Assembly (NCBI RefSeq): GCF_001673365.1
Contig: NZ_LZLS01000065.1
Location: 69,731-93,730, forward strand
DNA from: Mycobacterium asiaticum
GTDB lineage: Bacteria; Actinomycetota; Actinomycetes; Mycobacteriales; Mycobacteriaceae
Length of the DNA: 24,000 nt
Reading direction: 5' to 3'
The notes beneath the pieces were generated by a model. It made no database searches and was not told the DNA's origin. It worked only from the letters and a program-made list of their open reading frames with translations. Positions 15,681 to 23,786 of this stretch are shown here, piece by piece (position 1 is the stretch's first letter; each line of letters begins with the position of its first letter). A program made the translations under genes and the position numbers.

Positions 15681-16982
15681 TCACCGATTGCCGTCTTCCT
15701 TCGCACTGGGATCCTGCTTTGGGTCAGGGGCTGCTGAAGGGTCACTCGTTGTCGGGTGATGCGGGGTGCCGGCGTTGTCGCCCTGCAAATCGACGGTGCG
15801 TGTCTTGGCATCAGGATTCTCGTCATCTGCTGGCGGTGTAAGTAGCGCTTCAATGCCCGGTCGCTTCTCGTCGTGAACGAGCGTGATGACAACAAAATTG
15901 CCGTTTGTATCGGCGACGTCCCACAGGCGCAGCGAGTCAACGCGCTGCGTAAGCAATGCCAAGAGATGAAGTGACTCCTCGAAGGCACGCATGAACAGCT
16001 GCGTAGTACGACCTTCGTCTGAATCGAAGAACACCTCGTTGCGTCCATCGAGGAGTTTTTGGAGGTCATACGGCAGCCATTGCGGCCAGTTACTCACGTC
16101 GCTATGCAGCTCCGATTGGCACCGCTTGGCCACAAACGCATAGTCGCCATCCGTCAGCCACTGACTTGTGAAGACGAGATGCTTGAACAACTCCCACGGC
16201 AGCACGAGGCGGTCATCGGTCTTCATGTACTCACGGGCAGCCGTGTTGTATAGAGCGGAACCAACAGCGCTGATGGCCGCGAAGAACAGATGAGTCGCGT
16301 CGTTGCGTTGTTTAGCGGGAAACTCCTGAACCGCTGCCAAGAGTTCAGGAAGAGCCACCCCGACCGTCCGGCTGCTGGCAGCAGGGTCTTGGTGTAGGGC
16401 AGCAGCGATCATCAGCGCATCGAAGATGGCACTAACACGAGCTGGCTCGGGAAGTCTGGCTATGCGCGCCGCCTCCTTGGCTTCCCATTCGCCTGGCGCC
16501 CAGCAGAGCGACTTCTGAAGCGTAAGGACGTGCACGGCGAAGCTGCCAATGACAGCCTGCGCCCGCGAATAGTATTGCTTTTCACCTAATCTCGGTACAT
16601 CTTCCCCCGGTTCAACCGCAGGAGCGTACAAAAGTTTTTGCCGCTCGCCGAGATTGAGCATGAACGCGCCGTCGAGATTCAGTTCATGGTTCAGGATTAC
16701 CCATCGCTGATCCGCAATCCCACTGCCGGTCACCGACGACCGCCGGTAGCTGTGCACAACACACTTCAGCGCTTCAACAGTCGCCATAGCTAGATCGACG
16801 CCCTGGCTGCGCCGACGCTCGTGCTCATCCTCGCTGATGCGCAATCGCTGCAGCATGGCTCCGCCGCTACGCACCTTCGGCGCCGTGATGCCCTCACGCT
16901 TTTTGAGTTCGTGCAGCTCTCGCACTACGTCGTCGACTGTCGGGGGTCTGGTGCCTGGCGCGTCCCCAAGGGTGGTCGTCAC
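15681..16982 (-). CDS. Hypothetical protein (433 aa) with a Pro/Asp-rich, probably disordered C-terminal tail
   Basis: Long ORF with a GTG start and good codon bias. The tail reads PPADDENPDAKTRTVDLQGDNAGTPHHPTTSDPSAAPDPKQDPSAKEDGNR. No motif I can name. Confidence 0.68.
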   Translation of the reverse strand: MTTTLGDAPGTRPPTVDDVVRELHELKKREGITAPKVRSGGAMLQRLRISEDEHERRRSQGVDLAMATVEALKCVVHSYRRSSVTGSGIADQRWVILNHELNLDGAFMLNLGERQKLLYAPAVEPGEDVPRLGEKQYYSRAQAVIGSFAVHVLTLQKSLCWAPGEWEAKEAARIARLPEPARVSAIFDALMIAAALHQDPAASSRTVGVALPELLAAVQEFPAKQRNDATHLFFAAISAVGSALYNTAAREYMKTDDRLVLPWELFKHLVFTSQWLTDGDYAFVAKRCQSELHSDVSNWPQWLPYDLQKLLDGRNEVFFDSDEGRTTQLFMRAFEESLHLLALLTQRVDSLRLWDVADTNGNFVVITLVHDEKRPGIEALLTPPADDENPDAKTRTVDLQGDNAGTPHHPTTSDPSAAPDPKQDPSAKEDGNR

Positions 16983-17141
16983 GCGCCCATTACACCATCC
17001 AGCTTGGGCAAACCACCTCGATTGAACCCCATGTTTGCCCGCGGCGTGCGCGCCAAAAGTGACCGGTCAATCCACATATCGACCGGAAGCCGAAATGTGG
17101 CGCCATTAGAAGGCACGCAATCCGACCGAAGGGCGCATCAG

Positions 17142-17741
17142 ATGACCTGCAACTTGGACTCGACCATCCGTGGTCTTGACGCAGCGATCACCGAGTACGG
17201 CTCCGCCACCGTCTCGGCCGCCGAGGTCGTCAGTGACCTGCTCGGTGTCAGCGCATTCGGCGGTGGGCAGCTAGCCACGACGCTCGTGGAGCTACGGCAG
17301 CAGGTGAGCGGGCACCAGTCGATGACGAATCGGCGCGCGGCGGCGCTGGTCGCTGCGCCCCGCGATCCTGCCGCGCTCTTCGACAATCCGCAGGCAGCTG
17401 CCGCACGAGTTCTTCTGCGCTCAGCACTCCGCCTCGTCCACGACGTCGGCTTCACGCTGCTCGACGAGGTCGCAGTTGGCGAGCGTGCATTCGCGGCCGT
17501 CCGGTCGTACGGCGAACTGTCCCCGTTGGCCGACCAGCTGGCACGGGCCGATCACATCACTGCCTTCGACGCGGCGCGAACGCTCGGGCGCCCGGTCGGC
17601 AATCACCGTGACTTCGTCGTGCGTTGCACCGTCATCGGCCTCGGCGAAGCGCTCAACGCAGAGGAAGAACCCGACCTTCCGTTATCGGTCTCAGTCGAAA
17701 CCTGGCTGAGCCGTGCCCGCTTCCGTCAGCAGCGTCGCTGA
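17142..17741 (+). CDS. Hypothetical protein (199 aa), possible first gene of the vWA block
   Basis: ATG at 17142 with GAAGGG 8 nt upstream. The track start at 16821 overlaps the divergent 433-aa gene. No motif recognised. Confidence 0.5.
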   Translation: MTCNLDSTIRGLDAAITEYGSATVSAAEVVSDLLGVSAFGGGQLATTLVELRQQVSGHQSMTNRRAAALVAAPRDPAALFDNPQAAAARVLLRSALRLVHDVGFTLLDEVAVGERAFAAVRSYGELSPLADQLARADHITAFDAARTLGRPVGNHRDFVVRCTVIGLGEALNAEEEPDLPLSVSVETWLSRARFRQQRR

Positions 17742-17781
17742 TCTCTATCGACAACACCATCCTGAAAGGAGATCAGTACTC

Positions 17782-18573
17782 ATGCTGACCACCAATGCTC
17801 TTCATCCGACCGCGGTCTTGGCTGTCGCGACAACGCTGCTCCTGACCGCTGGCTGCGGCATTCAGCCGCCCGCAGGAAGCATTGGCCACGCCGAACAAGT
17901 GGCCACGTCGTGCCCGACTGACGGAAGCAAGATCGCTGCATTAGTCGCCAGTGACGAATCTGGCAGCCGCCGGGGTCTGACGGCCCAGCCCGCTCAGCAG
18001 CAGATCATCCGGGACGTCGCCGAGCGCACTGCGGTCTGTGGTGGCCATCTTCGGGTGGACATTTTCGCGGGCTCGACAGTCGGCGTGCCCATCTTCGACG
18101 GTGACCTGAAGCTGGATGGTGCGACCGAAAACGCCCGACTCCGCAAGGTTCCCAGCGTCGTCGACGACGTCATGAAACAGCTCAACGACGCGCTGCCGGA
18201 GGCTCAAAGTCAGCTTCCGGATGGCGCCACCGATGTGGTCGGCCAACTTCAACCAGGTGCCGAGTACCTGGCACAACTCTCCGCCGCGGGCAAGTTCCAC
18301 CTTGAGGAAACGATCCTTACCGACGGCATCCAAACCGCCGGACAAGAACTTGAGGACCCGTCGCTGACCGAGCAGCAGGCCACCGACTTGGCCGGCGCCA
18401 TCGCCGTACCCGACCTGTCTGAAGCCCAGGTACGGCTGATCGGCATCGGCCGGCAGGCCGACGGCTCGCTGCTACCGACACCGTATGTAAACGCACTCAA
18501 GGCGTTTCACGCCGCCGTCTGCCAGCGCACACAGGCGACGTGCACCGTCGTCACAGATGCGGCAGGAGCCTGA
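17782..18573 (+). CDS. Predicted lipoprotein with a vWA-like (MIDAS) domain
   Basis: ATG at 17782 with AAAGGAG upstream. Signal peptide MLTTNALHPTAVLAVATTLLLTAGC with a lipobox-like TAGC. MIDAS motif DxSxS after a hydrophobic strand (KIAALVASDESGSRRG), and later the vWA-typical ETILTDGIQTAG. Confidence 0.68.
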   Translation: MLTTNALHPTAVLAVATTLLLTAGCGIQPPAGSIGHAEQVATSCPTDGSKIAALVASDESGSRRGLTAQPAQQQIIRDVAERTAVCGGHLRVDIFAGSTVGVPIFDGDLKLDGATENARLRKVPSVVDDVMKQLNDALPEAQSQLPDGATDVVGQLQPGAEYLAQLSAAGKFHLEETILTDGIQTAGQELEDPSLTEQQATDLAGAIAVPDLSEAQVRLIGIGRQADGSLLPTPYVNALKAFHAAVCQRTQATCTVVTDAAGA

Positions 18574-18575
18574 CC

Positions 18576-19652
18576 ATGGCCCGCATCCCCACCATCGGCC
18601 GCCAGGTCACCGACCACCAGCCGCCGCGCAGCGCACCGGGGCGGTCGGAAGGTCTCCGCTTGATCCCGGTCGAGCAGGCGTCGGCCACCGCCCGCCCGGA
18701 CACCATCGCCGAAACCTACCTCGAACTCGAACACGACGCTCGCGGCCTCGAACAGCAGCACCTCTTTGCCGCCGAAGGCGAACTGCATGCACGCCACCAG
18801 GCTGCTACGGCGAAGTCGCTCGACTACGCAGTCACGCACCTGAAGTCATCGGTCGAACGGGCGAAGCGGGTCGCAGACCAGGCAGCGGCGCGTCACGCAC
18901 AGATCCGCGACACTCTCAGCCCTTACGTCGGGCGCAAGGCGACCTCCTCGATCGGCTATCTCGCCCGCACCGGCGCCCTGCTGATCGGCGACATCGCCGG
19001 ACTGTCCGGTGCGGCAATTGCGCTCGGCGAAATCCCCGCCTTGGCGATCACCCAGGCCATCTCCGCCGGAACCGCCACGATCACCGCCGGATTGGCCGCC
19101 ACCCAACTGCGTCACCTCCAGCAAGCGGCCGAGCGCAAGCTCGACGACATACCGAAGACGCTGGAACCGTACCGGCACCTGTTTAACGGGCCGTCAGGTT
19201 CCAACCGACTGCGCGCTGCCATGCTGGTCATCGCAGCGCTCATTGCACTGTTCGTCTCCGTCGGGATATTCGCACTGCGCACCGCCATCGAAGGATCGCT
19301 GTCCGGGCTGACCTTCGGCGCACTAGCCGCAGCTATTGCCATGGCCAGCTTCATCAACAGCTGGTACCACGCCGACGCGGTTGCCGACATCGTCGAGTCC
19401 GCTCAGCACGACGCCTACGCCGCCGACCGTCGCCACCGGCGCCTCAGCACTCTGCGGCGCATCAATAAGGCGAATAAGGCCGACTTCCATGGCAATTCGG
19501 TGATCACCGAGCACACCCACCGCGGCCTGGCAGCCGCCGCCCACCTCGATGCAGAGAAGTACCGCGCCCTGCAAGCCAGTCCCGACGTTGTCGGGCACGG
19601 CCCGGCGACGGTGCAGCCGGAGTCGCCGCTGCGGCGGGCGAGGTCGGCATGA
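18576..19652 (+). CDS. Integral membrane protein (about 4 TM) with an N-terminal cytoplasmic helical region
   Basis: ATG at 18576, 2 nt after the lipoprotein stop. Hydrophobic segments GALLIGDIAGLSGAAIALG, ALAITQAISAGTATITAGLAA, AAMLVIAALIALFVSVGIFAL and LTFGALAAAIAMASFINSW. Its stop overlaps the next start (ATGA). Confidence 0.68.
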   Translation: MARIPTIGRQVTDHQPPRSAPGRSEGLRLIPVEQASATARPDTIAETYLELEHDARGLEQQHLFAAEGELHARHQAATAKSLDYAVTHLKSSVERAKRVADQAAARHAQIRDTLSPYVGRKATSSIGYLARTGALLIGDIAGLSGAAIALGEIPALAITQAISAGTATITAGLAATQLRHLQQAAERKLDDIPKTLEPYRHLFNGPSGSNRLRAAMLVIAALIALFVSVGIFALRTAIEGSLSGLTFGALAAAIAMASFINSWYHADAVADIVESAQHDAYAADRRHRRLSTLRRINKANKADFHGNSVITEHTHRGLAAAAHLDAEKYRALQASPDVVGHGPATVQPESPLRRARSA

Positions 19653-20449
19653 CTACCGGACTGCGCGAGACGCTCACACCATTACCTGTCGCCGTCGGGC
19701 GATCCCGATTACTCGTGCCACGCGGCCTCGGAGGCGACGAAGCACACGGACCGAGGCGGACATCCGTTCGCCGTGAAGCGGCGACCCTGGCGATCACCCT
19801 GGAACAGCCAGGACCGTGCCCGCCAGGAGGCGTGACCGTCTTCATCGTCCTCGACGAATCGGCCAGCGTGGCCGCCAGTGGCGGCAACGACCCGCTGTCG
19901 CAACGGCACGCTGAGACGGCGCTGGCAATCCGCCACGTCGCCAACACCTGCCGCTGTCGAGCTGACCGCGTAGGGCTCGTCCCGTTCGATCACGCCTCAC
20001 CCGGTTTCGTTGCACCGCAACCCCTCAGCACGGCAGGCGTGCGCCGCCTCACTCGCGGCCTGGAGCGCCTGTCGAATGGCTTAGGCATGTCGAGCGAGCT
20101 TGAACCGCCGCTCAGGTTTGTCGAGACAGAGGCCGGTCATCAGCGCGCCTCTGTCGCGCTGGTGGTGTTCTCCGACTTCCTGATCACTGACGCCAACCCC
20201 AGCCGCGTTATCACACGGCTGCGGACCTTCCCCGGGTACCTACACGCCGTCGTGCTGGGGGCGCTGCCGCCCAGCGTGCTGGAGGCGGATCCAAACGTCG
20301 CCGTCACCCGGCTCACTCCGTCATCACCACCGGGCGACGCAGCCCGCGCCGTCTTCGACGGACTCAACTACTACCGCCGTCATGGACACGTGGCGCCGGG
20401 CAGCGCCGCCCACCAAGGCACCAACCGCAGAAAGGAGCACTCCGTATGA
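19649..20449 (+). CDS. vWA (von Willebrand factor A) domain protein, no signal peptide
   Basis: MIDAS motif VTVFIVLDESASVAASGGND (DxSxS). A later strand, ALVVFSDFLITD, resembles the vWA hhhhhSDG...D motif. ATGA overlaps at both ends (19649-19652 and 20446-20449). Confidence 0.72.
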   Translation: MTTGLRETLTPLPVAVGRSRLLVPRGLGGDEAHGPRRTSVRREAATLAITLEQPGPCPPGGVTVFIVLDESASVAASGGNDPLSQRHAETALAIRHVANTCRCRADRVGLVPFDHASPGFVAPQPLSTAGVRRLTRGLERLSNGLGMSSELEPPLRFVETEAGHQRASVALVVFSDFLITDANPSRVITRLRTFPGYLHAVVLGALPPSVLEADPNVAVTRLTPSSPPGDAARAVFDGLNYYRRHGHVAPGSAAHQGTNRRKEHSV

Positions 20450-20994
20450 CCATCATCGGCGATGTCCGCCGTGAGCTTGGCGACGAAATCATCGACGCCG
20501 CAGCCATTCTCAGCGACTTTATCGAAGCCGCTGCGGCTCGGACGGCGCAGGAGGTAGGCTTCGGCTACGTTCTGCGTCCAGACGCGCCGAATACCTACCC
20601 GGCGCTCGTCGCTGCATTCAGAAACAGCCTGACAACCGGCGCTCGCCTGCCAATCTCGTCAGAGAACAGCGACGCCGTCGTTTATCAGCCGGCCAGCACC
20701 AACTTCGCGCTGCGCTTCTGGCACGACGTCAATCATGTCCGCCGGCAGCTCGACTTCGGTCTGGTCGATGAACTGGAACTGTCCTTATGGCACCTCTCCG
20801 AGCTCGAGAGGGCCGGGCACCGGCCTGGGTCGCTGGTGTGGCGACTACTGCATGCCGATCTGACTGGGCAGGCCTACGTTCAGGCCTTCGCGCAGCGGTT
20901 CCCGTTCGATCAGCGCCGCTTCGTGGCCGGTTGCGTCACAACCGGTTTCGACCATGGTCTGCTGGCCGAGCTCCGCGCCAAGGAGGGCAGGTGA
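20446..20994 (+). CDS. Hypothetical protein (182 aa) with His-rich motifs
   Basis: AAAGGAG 8 nt upstream. Contains FALRFWHDVNHVRRQLDF...ELSLWHLSELERAGH. No family recognised. Translationally coupled on both sides. Confidence 0.62.
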   Translation: MTIIGDVRRELGDEIIDAAAILSDFIEAAAARTAQEVGFGYVLRPDAPNTYPALVAAFRNSLTTGARLPISSENSDAVVYQPASTNFALRFWHDVNHVRRQLDFGLVDELELSLWHLSELERAGHRPGSLVWRLLHADLTGQAYVQAFAQRFPFDQRRFVAGCVTTGFDHGLLAELRAKEGR

Positions 20995-21194
20995 GTCAGG
21001 AACCGGGCAAGTGGATGGACAAGATTATCGGCTGGTGCTTCGGCATCTTGCTCGGCGTCATTGCCCTCTACTGCGCCGTCCAGCTCATCCAATCCATCCT
21101 GCCGACGCTCATCGTCATCATCGGCGTCTTGGCGCTCGTCGCAGTCGTCATCGGCGTCTTCGTTGTAATTTCTACATGGCGAAATCGATGGTGA
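20991..21194 (+). CDS. Small 2-TM membrane protein (67 aa)
   Basis: GTG at 20991 overlaps the upstream TGA (GTGA), with GGAGGG just upstream. Hydrophobic stretches IIGWCFGILLGVIALYCAV and LIVIIGVLALVAVVIGVFVVI. An alternative ATG lies at 21015. Confidence 0.58.
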   Translation: MSQEPGKWMDKIIGWCFGILLGVIALYCAVQLIQSILPTLIVIIGVLALVAVVIGVFVVISTWRNRW

Positions 21195-21354
21195 AATATG
21201 GCCATCTGACCTCTATTGACAGATAGTCAAACATGTTGTGCCGCAATCGAAATGTATTGACTATTGATTCAATTCAATAGATAATACGGCTCAGGCATTG
21301 ACCGAATTCAATAGCCGAAATCAATTAGCAACTAATTCTTAATGGAGGACACCT
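21195..21354. promoter_or_regulatory. AT-rich, repeat-dense intergenic region upstream of the transfer genes (candidate operator array, promoter or oriT)
   Basis: Visibly AT-rich against GC-rich flanks. Palindrome TTGAC-AGATA-GTCAA at 21216-21230. TATTGAC at 21214-21220 and 21255-21261, and TATTGAT at 21262-21268. CTATTGA (21261-21267) pairs with TCAATAG (21274-21280). ATTGA-CCGAAT-TCAAT at 21297-21312. Perfect 10-bp direct repeat AATTCAATAG at 21271-21280 and 21305-21314. AATTAG-CAA-CTAATT at 21323-21337. GGAGGA Shine-Dalgarno sequence at 21344-21349. Confidence 0.55.
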
Positions 21355-21595
21355 ATGTCTAAAACAGGAAGAACCAACCATCGCCGCGGTTCACGCGGCA
21401 CTCCAAAACCCGAGCGGCACATCGTCCGTTCGCAGCATCTGCAAGGAACCAGCCGACCTTCGAAAATTGAGCCGCGCGGTCATCGCCATGGCCCTGCGTG
21501 ATGCCGAAGCACAAGCCGAAGCCCTGGAGGCCTTGACAGCACACGCCACCGAGCCGGACAACCGCCCGGACCCCGAGGAGGCCGCTAATGCCTAA
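21355..21595 (+). CDS. Small protein upstream of the coupling ATPase, with an apparent +1 frame discontinuity at an A4 run
   Basis: ATG at 21355 sits 5 nt after GGAGGA but opens a poor Arg-rich 48-codon frame that stops at 21499-21501. The +1 frame from 21365 reads QEEPTIAAVHAALQNPSGTSSVRSICKEPADLRKLSRAVIAMALRDAEAQAEALEALTAHATEPDNRPDPEEAANA*, has higher GC3, and ends at a TAA (21593-21595) that overlaps the next gene's ATG (21588). Removing one A from AAAA (21361-21364) joins MSK to QEEPT... Confidence 0.4.
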
Positions 21596-23786
21596 CGCCG
21601 GTGATGCCACCGTGTCGGCGGGTTCGCTGGTCTGGCAGCAGTTGTTCTGGCCGCAGCCTCTTTCTGAGGCAACTGCGTTCGGGCTGCTGCGCTACTGGGC
21701 CGCGCAATCCCACGCACCGCAACTCATCTTGGAAGCGCGCGCCGACGTGACCGGCGTGGAATACCTGATCGGCAGTCAGCTCCGGCACCAGGCGGCCGTC
21801 CGCCGTGCCGTCGAGCAACTGGTTAACGGATCCATCGTTACCAGTACTCCGGCTGACGATCGCGAGCACGTTGATACTGCGCGCCGAATCCAGTTGAGCA
21901 CCAACGCCCGCCAGCTTGAGCCTGTCGACGCGGTGGCATCACATCGATCAATCCTGCACGCCCTGACCGCAGTCGGGAAGGGCGAGCGCCTCACCATCCA
22001 GGTCGTACTCGGTCCCCGCCAGCACCCCAAAACCCCACCGCCCGAACCGAAACGCGACAACCAACTCGTCGTATCTAAGCTGCTGCACGGCATCCAGACT
22101 GACGGCCGCCCCGGCGCCCGGCAGGCCTTAGCACATAAACTCGGCCAGCACGCCTTTACCGCCGCCATCCGCCTCGGCGTGCACGCGCCAACCGCCGAAC
22201 GCCGCAAGAGCCTGCTGCTCGGCCTGGCGTCGGCCATCGGCACCACCGAATCGCCGGACGTCCGGATTACCTTGCGACCCGAAAAGGCCCATCGAATCAA
22301 CACCCCGCGCGCGTCGTGGTCGATGTTCACCCCAGCGCAGCGCCTGACCGTCGCCGAGATCGCCCGTCTCACGGGCTGGCCGATCGCCGATCAAGATGAG
22401 CACTATCCCGGTCAGCCGCCGCTGCATCCGCGCCCCGTCCGCCCCAGCGGCGCACTGCAATCCGGCAACCGGGTCGTGGCCGAGGCCTCTGCTCCAGGCG
22501 CGGGCGGCACCATCGGCTACAACCCAACCGACGCCATGCGCCACACCTGGGTTATCGGCCCCAACGGGGTAGGTAAGTCGACGCTGCTGCTCAACCTGAT
22601 CCTGCAGGACCTCGAAGCCGATCGCCCGATCGTGGTCATCGAGCCAAAGGACCTGATCACTGATCTGCTGGCCCGTATCCCGGAGAAGCGGCGAGGCGAC
22701 ATTGTCGTGCTCGATCCATTTGATTCAGCACCGGTCGGCATCAATCCGCTCGACGCGGCACACCGGCATGGCCGCTCACCAGAAGTCGTCGCCGACAGCC
22801 TGTTCGGTACCTTCAAAGCGATCTGGGGTGACAGCCTCGGCCCCCGATCCGCCGACATCCTGCGCAACTGCCTGGACCTGCTTGCGCGCCGCGATGACGC
22901 CTCGCTCGTCATGCTGCCCCTGCTGTTGACCAATCCGGGCTTTCGCCGCCGCCTCACGCGTGGCGTCATGCAAGCAGACCCGTTCGCTTCCGGACCGTTC
23001 TGGCAGTGGTTCGACAGCCTGTCCCCCGAAGCCACCGCCACCACGATCGCGCCGCTCTCGAACAAGCTGCGCCCGCTGCTGAGCAAGCCGCTCAGAGACG
23101 TTCTGGCCCAGCAGAACCCGAAGTTCAATGTCCGCCAAGTGCTGCGCGAGAAGAAGGTGCTCCTGGTGCCACTGCAAAAGGGCGTCATCGGCCCGGAGAA
23201 CGCACAGCTGCTCGGCGCGCTGGTGGTGGCCGAACTCTGGCAAGCGATCCGCGAACGCGCCGGAACACCCGAAAACAGCCGTGACCCAGTCATGGTCTAC
23301 ATCGACGAGGTCCAGGACTACCTGCGGCTGCCAACCGATCTCGGTGACGCCCTGGCGACCGCCCGCAGCCTTGGTGCTGGTTTCCACCTGGCGCACCAAT
23401 ACGAGAAACAACTGCCGCCCGCGATGCTCGACGCCTTTCGCAACAACGCCCGCTCGCGCGTCTGCTTCCAACTCCAAGCCGGAGACGCCAAAGAGATGAC
23501 CGCCGGCCAATCAGTGCTCACGATCGAGGACTTCACGAAGCTGCCCGCCCATCACGTCTACGCCAGCCTCGTCCGCGACAACGCGGTACAGCCCTGGGCC
23601 TCCGGTGTCACCAAACCCGCACCGGCGCCGTCGAGCAGTCCCGCGGCGATCCGCAAGCTCAGCCGGGAACGTTACGGCCAACCGATCGCCGACATCGAGG
23701 CAAGCTTCGCCGCGCTCATCGAGGACGCTGGCGCAGGCGAGGACATTGGCGACATCGGCGCGCCCCGCCGCCGGAGACAGCCATGA
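21588..23786 (+). CDS. TraD/VirD4-like type IV coupling-protein-family ATPase (conjugative DNA transfer)
   Basis: 732 aa. Walker A WVIGPNGVGKSTLLLN, Walker B-like DPVMVYIDEVQDYL, and later GAGFHLAHQYEKQL and RSRVCFQL. This order is typical of TraD/TraG-D_C-type P-loop ATPases. There is no obvious N-terminal TM helix. The first ~320 aa are an unrecognised soluble domain. Confidence 0.72.
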   Translation: MPNAGDATVSAGSLVWQQLFWPQPLSEATAFGLLRYWAAQSHAPQLILEARADVTGVEYLIGSQLRHQAAVRRAVEQLVNGSIVTSTPADDREHVDTARRIQLSTNARQLEPVDAVASHRSILHALTAVGKGERLTIQVVLGPRQHPKTPPPEPKRDNQLVVSKLLHGIQTDGRPGARQALAHKLGQHAFTAAIRLGVHAPTAERRKSLLLGLASAIGTTESPDVRITLRPEKAHRINTPRASWSMFTPAQRLTVAEIARLTGWPIADQDEHYPGQPPLHPRPVRPSGALQSGNRVVAEASAPGAGGTIGYNPTDAMRHTWVIGPNGVGKSTLLLNLILQDLEADRPIVVIEPKDLITDLLARIPEKRRGDIVVLDPFDSAPVGINPLDAAHRHGRSPEVVADSLFGTFKAIWGDSLGPRSADILRNCLDLLARRDDASLVMLPLLLTNPGFRRRLTRGVMQADPFASGPFWQWFDSLSPEATATTIAPLSNKLRPLLSKPLRDVLAQQNPKFNVRQVLREKKVLLVPLQKGVIGPENAQLLGALVVAELWQAIRERAGTPENSRDPVMVYIDEVQDYLRLPTDLGDALATARSLGAGFHLAHQYEKQLPPAMLDAFRNNARSRVCFQLQAGDAKEMTAGQSVLTIEDFTKLPAHHVYASLVRDNAVQPWASGVTKPAPAPSSSPAAIRKLSRERYGQPIADIEASFAALIEDAGAGEDIGDIGAPRRRRQP

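Noticed and set aside
18557-19186. 209-aa Arg/Pro-rich plus-strand ORF
   Set aside because: It is an alternate frame of the 4-TM membrane protein gene, whose frame fits the overlapping start/stop chain.
21776-23510. Several 138-258-aa minus-strand ORFs inside the coupling-ATPase gene
   Set aside because: They are antisense shadows of a gene with clear Walker motifs.
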